A DNA stretch of 64,000 nt from an uncultured bacterium (lineage in GTDB: Bacteria > Margulisbacteria > WOR-1 > CAVSGV01): NCBI GenBank assembly GCA_963768305.1, contig CAVYHE010000006.1:1-64000 (forward strand), written 5' to 3'. Shown piece by piece: positions 54,080 to 64,000 of this stretch. The translations under genes and the position numbers were made by a program. Position 1 is the stretch's first letter, and each line of letters starts with the position of its first letter. Below the pieces are notes generated by a model, which was given only the letters and a program-made list of their open reading frames with translations, searched no databases and had not been told where the DNA came from.

Positions 54080-54754
54080 TTGGAGACATTGCACATAGGC
54101 GTTCATCCGCAGTGGCAGGCGTTCGGCCTGATATTTCACGCCGATACTCTCATTTCCGCCTGGATAGTATCATTTATCCTTATCGCGTTCGCTGTATTCA
54201 TCAGGATCGTGATCAGTATAAGACCCGGGTTGGTACAAAGTGCCGTCGAGCTGGGAGCGGAGAACCTTAACGGGTTGCTTATCGAACGGATAGGTCAGAA
54301 AGGTTTAAAATATTTTCCTTTTATTGCGACCCTTTTCCTTTTCATAATAACTTCTAATTGGCTGGGGCTGCTTCCGTTCGAACTTAAGCCGCCGACGGCC
54401 GACCTTAATACAACAGCCGGATTGGCTTTATTGACAATAATCCTTGTACAGGTTTTCGGAATGATAGAAAAAGGCCCGATCATGTATTTCAAAAGATTCT
54501 TTGAACCGAACCCGGTCTTTTTTCCGCTTAACGTTATCGAGGAACTTGCAAAGCCTGTTTCACTTTCTATCAGGCTTTTCGGCAATATTTTCAGCAAGGA
54601 AACCATAATTGTGATATTATGCGGCCTTGTTGCCCTCCCTTTGTTCTATCCAATACCGATACTGGCGTTGAGCTTGCTGATAGGAGCGATACAGGCGTAT
54701 ATTTTCATGCTTTTGGCGGTATTTTACATATCAATGGCTTTGGAAGGCCACTGA
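54080..54754 (+). CDS. atpB: ATP synthase F0 subunit a
   Basis: NWLGLLP, PTADLNTT, SLSIRLFGN, IQAYIF. Confidence 0.95.
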   Translation: METLHIGVHPQWQAFGLIFHADTLISAWIVSFILIAFAVFIRIVISIRPGLVQSAVELGAENLNGLLIERIGQKGLKYFPFIATLFLFIITSNWLGLLPFELKPPTADLNTTAGLALLTIILVQVFGMIEKGPIMYFKRFFEPNPVFFPLNVIEELAKPVSLSIRLFGNIFSKETIIVILCGLVALPLFYPIPILALSLLIGAIQAYIFMLLAVFYISMALEGH

Positions 54755-54775
54755 TTTTATAAAGGAGGTGTTTTT

Positions 54776-55015
54776 GTGACGATACAGATGATCTCAGTTA
54801 TCGGCGCGGCGTTCGGGCTGGCGATAGCGGCGTTCGGCTCCGCCCTTGCTCAGGGCTTCGCGACAGGCAAAGCGGTGGAAGGGATATCGCGCCAGCCGGA
54901 AGCCAGAGGGCCCATCATGTCGGCTCTCATCATAGGGATGTCTTTCATAGAGTCCCTGACCCTTTACGCATTGCTTATCGCGATCATATTGATATTTGTG
55001 AACCCATTCAAGTAA
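54776..55015 (+). CDS. atpE: ATP synthase F0 subunit c
   Basis: RQPEA loop and IESLTLY. Confidence 0.96.
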   Translation: MTIQMISVIGAAFGLAIAAFGSALAQGFATGKAVEGISRQPEARGPIMSALIIGMSFIESLTLYALLIAIILIFVNPFK

Positions 55016-55021
55016 AGGAGG

Positions 55022-55100
55022 AGCTTACAGCTGACGGCAAACAGCTTACGGCTAACTGCCGTTTGCCGTAGTCCGAAGGACGTGCTGTAAGCCGTAAGCT
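55022..55100. repeat. Heptamer-based inverted-repeat hairpin between atpE and atpF
   Basis: AGCTTAC AGCTGAC GGCAAAC AGCTTAC ... GCTGTAA GCCGTAA GCT. The two ends are complementary. Confidence 0.75.
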
Positions 55101-55103
55101 AGT

Positions 55104-55583
55104 ATGTTAACTATCAACGGAACTTTAATAGCTATAGTCATAAACTTCATCATTTTGGTTTATGTGCTTAATTATTTCATGTATGAGCCGATAAAGAAGG
55201 TCCTGAACGACAGGAAGGCGGATGTGAACAGGATGCTTTCGGAAGCGGAGGTAAAGATGACCACCGCACAGACTTTCATTGAGAACGGCAGGGAAGCGAT
55301 AAACGCGGCCAATACATCCGCAAAAGAACTTATTGACCAGGCATCCGCGGCAGCAGAAAAGATCAGGACCGAAATGCTTGCCGACGCGAAAAAAGAAGTT
55401 GATGAACACAAGGACAGGGCGAAAGAGGAGATAAGGCAGATGAAGCTGGATGCGAAAAGGTCCGTTGCTGACGAAGCGGCCCGACTCTCAGTGGTTATAG
55501 CGGAAAAGATAATAATGAAAAAGATCGACAGGAAGACGCAGAGAACAATGGCTGATAAATTCATCGGGAAGGTCAGATTCTAA
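55104..55583 (+). CDS. atpF: ATP synthase F0 subunit b
   Basis: INFIILVYVL..FMYEPI...L..R then coiled coil. Operon position. Confidence 0.93.
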   Translation: MLTINGTLIAIVINFIILVYVLNYFMYEPIKKVLNDRKADVNRMLSEAEVKMTTAQTFIENGREAINAANTSAKELIDQASAAAEKIRTEMLADAKKEVDEHKDRAKEEIRQMKLDAKRSVADEAARLSVVIAEKIIMKKIDRKTQRTMADKFIGKVRF

Positions 55584-55584
55584 T

Positions 55585-56094
55585 ATGATAGCAAGAAGAT
55601 ACGCTAGGGCGCTGCTCTCATCTGCGCTGAAAGAAGGCGCGGCTGAATCAGTAAAAAAGGAACTATCCGCTCTTGCGGGCCTTATGAAACATGGAAAATA
55701 TTTCAATTTTTTCACCAGCAGATCGGTCCGGCCGGATGAAAAACTTGAAATGTTCTCGTCATTCAGCCCGCTTATGAAGGCGTTCCTGAGGGTCGTAATC
55801 GACAATAAAAGAGAAGAGGACATTTGCCTTATTTCCTGCGAATATGCGGAGCTTTTGAATTTACGGAACAATATTCTTGAGGCGACAGTTTCGTCCAGGC
55901 AGCCGCTGACGGAAGAACAAATGGCAACGATCAAAAGGAAACTTGCAAGAGGCACAGGCAAGAAGATCGACATAAGCTGCAAAGCCGACAAGAGCATAAT
56001 CGGCGGCGTGAAGATAAAATACGGCAGCAAGGTGATTGACGGGACCGTTTCGGGGATGCTGGAAGGTTACTTGAACAGGCTTACAAGGAGATGA
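55585..56094 (+). CDS. atpH: ATP synthase F1 subunit delta
   Basis: [22 protein letters not shown]. Confidence 0.93.
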   Translation: MIARRYARALLSSALKEGAAESVKKELSALAGLMKHGKYFNFFTSRSVRPDEKLEMFSSFSPLMKAFLRVVIDNKREEDICLISCEYAELLNLRNNILEATVSSRQPLTEEQMATIKRKLARGTGKKIDISCKADKSIIGGVKIKYGSKVIDGTVSGMLEGYLNRLTRR

Positions 56095-56095
56095 A

Positions 56096-57601
56096 ATGCT
56101 GAAGGAAGAAATTAGCAAGCTTCTGCAAAAGAAGATCGACTCATATAAAGGCGTGATCAAAGAAGAGGATACCGGAGAGGTCGTTTCATCCGGCGACGGG
56201 GTTGCCATATTGACGGGGCTGAACGGCGCCAAGGTTTCTGAGATCCTTGAATTCGAAAGCGGCACAAAAGGCATAGTACTTAACCTGATGGAAGACCATA
56301 TCGGCTGCATTGTGATGGGCAATGTCCGCAGTGTTAAGGAAAGCCAGAAGGTCAAATGCACGGGTACCATTGCCGGAGTGCCGGTGGGCAAAGGGCTTCT
56401 GGGGCGCGTCGTGAATGCATTGGGCGAACCCATAGACGGCAAAGGCGCCATTTTCACTAACGAAAGAAGGAACATAGAATTCCTCGCTCCATCGGTCGTC
56501 GACAGGCAGCCCGTGAGAGAGCCGCTTCAGACAGGGATAAAAGCCATCGATTCCATGATCCCCATAGGAAGAGGGCAGAGAGAATTGATAATCGGCGACA
56601 GGCAGACGGGAAAGACTGCGATAGCTGTTGATACGATAATCAACCAGAAAAAGGAAAATGTTAAATGTATTTATGTGGCCATCGGCCAGAAAATGTCAAC
56701 GATATCATCGATATATGAAATTTTAGAGGACGCCGGCGCAATGGAATATACCACTATCGTCGCCGCGCCTGCTGATGCGCCCCCGTCGCTGCAGTACCTG
56801 GCTCCATATTCCGGCTGCGCGATGGGCGAGTATTACATGTATAAGGGCGAACATGCCCTGGTCATATATGACGATCTTTCAAAGCACGCGGCGGCATACA
56901 GGGAGCTGTCATTATTGCTCAGGCGTCCGCCGGGAAGGGAAGCTTACCCCGGGGATATTTTCTATCTTCATTCCAGGCTCCTTGAAAGGGCCGCGAAACT
57001 TTCGGACGCGATGGGCGGCGGATCTCTTACGGCGCTTCCGGTCGTTGAAACCCTCGCGGCTGACATATCAGCTTACATCCCGACGAACGTCATCTCGATC
57101 ACTGACGGCCAGATATATCTTGAAAGTGAATTGTTCTATTCCGGCATCCGTCCCGCTATCAACGCCGGCCTTTCCGTATCAAGGGTTGGCGGTTCGGCGC
57201 AGATCAAAGCGATGAAGCAGGTCGCTGCCAGATTGAGACTGGACCTCGCGCAGTACAGGGACCTGGTGGCGTTCGCGCAGTTCGCGTCGGACCTGGACCA
57301 GGCGACGAGGAATCAGCTTATAATGGGAGAGCGCCTGACGGAAGTCCTGGTGCAAGGTCAATACGCGCCGATGGACATAGCGCACCAGGTAGCCGCGATC
57401 TTCGCGGGAATAAGGGGATATCTGGACGACCTGAAAAAAGAAGATGTCAGGAAGTTCGAATCCGGCTTCCTTAAATATCTGGATTCATATTGCCATGACA
57501 CGCTGATGAACATCAGGACAGAAAAACTGGTAAGCGTGGCGTCCGAGAAAAAACTGGTGGAAGCTCTCGAGAAATATAAAAATCTGTTCAGGAGCAAATA
57601 A
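56096..57601 (+). CDS. atpA: ATP synthase F1 subunit alpha
   Basis: [26 protein letters not shown]. Confidence 0.98.
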   Translation: MLKEEISKLLQKKIDSYKGVIKEEDTGEVVSSGDGVAILTGLNGAKVSEILEFESGTKGIVLNLMEDHIGCIVMGNVRSVKESQKVKCTGTIAGVPVGKGLLGRVVNALGEPIDGKGAIFTNERRNIEFLAPSVVDRQPVREPLQTGIKAIDSMIPIGRGQRELIIGDRQTGKTAIAVDTIINQKKENVKCIYVAIGQKMSTISSIYEILEDAGAMEYTTIVAAPADAPPSLQYLAPYSGCAMGEYYMYKGEHALVIYDDLSKHAAAYRELSLLLRRPPGREAYPGDIFYLHSRLLERAAKLSDAMGGGSLTALPVVETLAADISAYIPTNVISITDGQIYLESELFYSGIRPAINAGLSVSRVGGSAQIKAMKQVAARLRLDLAQYRDLVAFAQFASDLDQATRNQLIMGERLTEVLVQGQYAPMDIAHQVAAIFAGIRGYLDDLKKEDVRKFESGFLKYLDSYCHDTLMNIRTEKLVSVASEKKLVEALEKYKNLFRSK

Positions 57602-60239
<2,638 letters not shown>

Positions 60240-61514
60240 ATGAGAAAAGCTCTTGTGACCGGCGGGAAAAGGCTTAGCGGGACCGTGTCCATTTCCGGTT
60301 CGAAGAACGCGGCGCTTCCTCTGCTGGCGGCGACCATCCTTCTCCACGGAGAAACGACATTTACGAACATCCCGAATCTCCTGGACGTAATAACCATGAT
60401 AAGAGTGCTTCGCACGCTTGGGCTGAGAGCCGAATATTTCGAGCCGGATACTGTAAAGGTCTATACGAACGATTCCGTTAAGCATGTGGCACCCTATGAG
60501 CTTGTCACGAAAATGAGGGCGTCATTCTTCATCATAGGCCCTATACTTGCAAGGAACGGCCTTGCAAAGGTACCTCTTCCCGGCGGGTGCAACATCGGCT
60601 CGCGTCCGGTCAATCTTCACATAAAAGGACTTGAGGCTTTAGGCGCGCATATCAGCATGGAACACGGTTTTGTCGTGGCAAAGGCCGGCAAATTAAAAGG
60701 CTGCGAAAATTTATCTGGATTTCCCGTCCGTTGGCGCGACCGAGACGATAATGATGGCGGCGGCGTGCGCGGAAGGCGAAACACTGCTTGAGAACGCCGC
60801 GCAGGAGCCGGAGATAGCCGACCTTGCGGCGTTCCTTAACAGATGCGGCGCGCACATAGAGGGTGCCGGAAAGGATACAATAAGGATTGCAGGGGTCGGT
60901 AAATTAAAAGGCGTCGAATACAGAGTAATGCCGGACAGGATAGAAGCCAGCACTCTTATGGTAGCGGGAGCCATCACAAAAGGGGACATAACTTTAAAAG
61001 GGGTCGTGGAGCAGCATGTGGAGCCCGTCATAAGGAAGCTTCAGGACGCGGGAGTGGAGGTCACAGTATCAGGAGATCAGATCAAGATAAAGGTCAAGGA
61101 CGGCTTAAAAGCTATAGATGTTAAGACAATGCCTTATCCGGGATTTCCCACCGATGCCCAGCCGCAATTCACTTCGCTTGATGAGCATTGCGACCGGCAC
61201 TTCCGTCATCACGGAAACCGTTTTTGAGAACAGGTTCATGCATGTTCACGAGCTGAAAAGGATGGGAGCGGATATCCAGATAGAGGGCCAGAGCGCGATA
61301 ATAAACGGGCGTCAAGAAACTTTCCGGCTGCCCTGTGCGGGCGTCGGACCTGAGGGCGGGCGCGGCGCTTGTTCTGGCGGGGCTCGCGGCGGAAGGCGAA
61401 ACATTAGTTGACGATGTCGAGAGGTTCATCGAGAGAGGATATGAAAATCTGATAGGTAAACTTACATCGCTGGGCGGGAACGTAAAAGAGATCAATGGAA
61501 CCAATAATCAATAA
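60240..61514 (+). CDS. murA: UDP-N-acetylglucosamine 1-carboxyvinyltransferase (three apparent frameshifts)
   Basis: [42 protein letters not shown] and DLRAGAAL across frames. Confidence 0.92.
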
Positions 61515-61884
61515 CTTGAGCGGAATGAGGATAGACAGTTCATTCATTAAAAGATTGACGGATAGATTCAAAGATAAATGGATAGTAAGCTTCAGTTTCG
61601 TTAAAAAAGCGGAAATGAAAAGATTGAACGGAACATACAGGAAAAAGAGCGGGCCTACCGATGTCCTTTCATTCTCAATGAAGGAAGGCCGCCTGCTCGG
61701 CGATGTTGTAATATGCCCGGCTGTAGCAAAGGTCAATGCAAAGGAATACGGGGTATCATTGAAATATGAGCTTACCCGATTGGCCGCGCACGGGATGCTT
61801 CATCTTCTCGGATATGACCACGGAAAAAAAATGTTCGATCTTCAGGATCGATTAACCTGCCTAACGGCAGGCAAACGGAGGTGA
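61495..61884 (+). CDS. ybeY: rRNA maturation endonuclease YbeY
   Basis: [25 protein letters not shown]. Confidence 0.93.
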   Translation: MEPIINNLSGMRIDSSFIKRLTDRFKDKWIVSFSFVKKAEMKRLNGTYRKKSGPTDVLSFSMKEGRLLGDVVICPAVAKVNAKEYGVSLKYELTRLAAHGMLHLLGYDHGKKMFDLQDRLTCLTAGKRR

Positions 61885-61889
61885 TATAA

Positions 61890-62252
61890 ATGCCCAGGAA
61901 ATTCGTTCAAAGCCTTGGATACGCGCAAAAAGGGATCCGCCATTCTATCAAGTCACAGAGGAATATAAGGATACATTTTACGGTCGCGGCATTGACCGTA
62001 GCTCTCGGATTTTATTTCCGGCTCAGCCTGATCGAATTTATTTTTATTGCGATCATGATCAGCATGGTCATTGTCGCGGAAATGTTGAATACGGCCATTG
62101 AAGAGACCGTCAATCTGTTCACCCCCGGGCATCATCCCCGCGCAACTTTAGCGAAAGATACCGCCGCCGGGGCGGTGCTATTTTCCGTCATTTGTGCTAT
62201 AATCGTCGGCTGTTTGATTTTCATCCCGCATCTGGCCGGGCTAGGGAGATAA
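61890..62252 (+). CDS. dgkA: Diacylglycerol/undecaprenol kinase
   Basis: QRNIRIH, EMLNTAIE, AKDTAAGAV. Confidence 0.9.
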   Translation: MPRKFVQSLGYAQKGIRHSIKSQRNIRIHFTVAALTVALGFYFRLSLIEFIFIAIMISMVIVAEMLNTAIEETVNLFTPGHHPRATLAKDTAAGAVLFSVICAIIVGCLIFIPHLAGLGR

Positions 62253-62254
62253 GC

Positions 62255-64000
<1,746 letters not shown>

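Noticed and set aside
60240..61514. murA as a pseudogene or programmed frameshift
   Set aside because: Normally essential gene with all motifs intact. Single-base indels occur across the window, so sequencing error is more likely.

Overview
Chromosomal window from a diderm bacterium. The autotransporter and outer-membrane barrels, ftsQ directly before ftsZ, and the Firmicutes-like tagO-wecB-atp-murA order suggest a Margulisbacteria/Saganbacteria-like lineage; this is inference only. Layout: (1) 1-8332, right end of an AT-rich island ending in a 3' tRNA-Met fragment, carrying SSB, a Type IIG/ISP-like R-M enzyme, an unknown membrane protein, Mrr and an ABC-ATPase + DUF4276-like pair. (2) 8.4-24 kb, accessory and core genes (split cfa, ABC transporters, typA, ddl-ftsQ-ftsZ, tRNA-Gln). 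(3) A ~13.2 kb giant repeat autotransporter. (4) A transketolase/epimerase-GT2/methyltransferase/GT-C surface-glycosylation locus. (5) A 5.5 kb large-serine-recombinase (LSR) element that splits tRNA-Glu(CTC). Its attachment site lies inside the recombinase gene, so integration swaps the enzyme's C-terminus, and it carries an unannotated superinfection-immunity gene. (6) tagO, wecB, the atp operon, murA, ybeY, dgkA, a CNNM gene and pyrG. Single-base frameshifts are frequent, even in essential murA, so most are probably sequencing errors.
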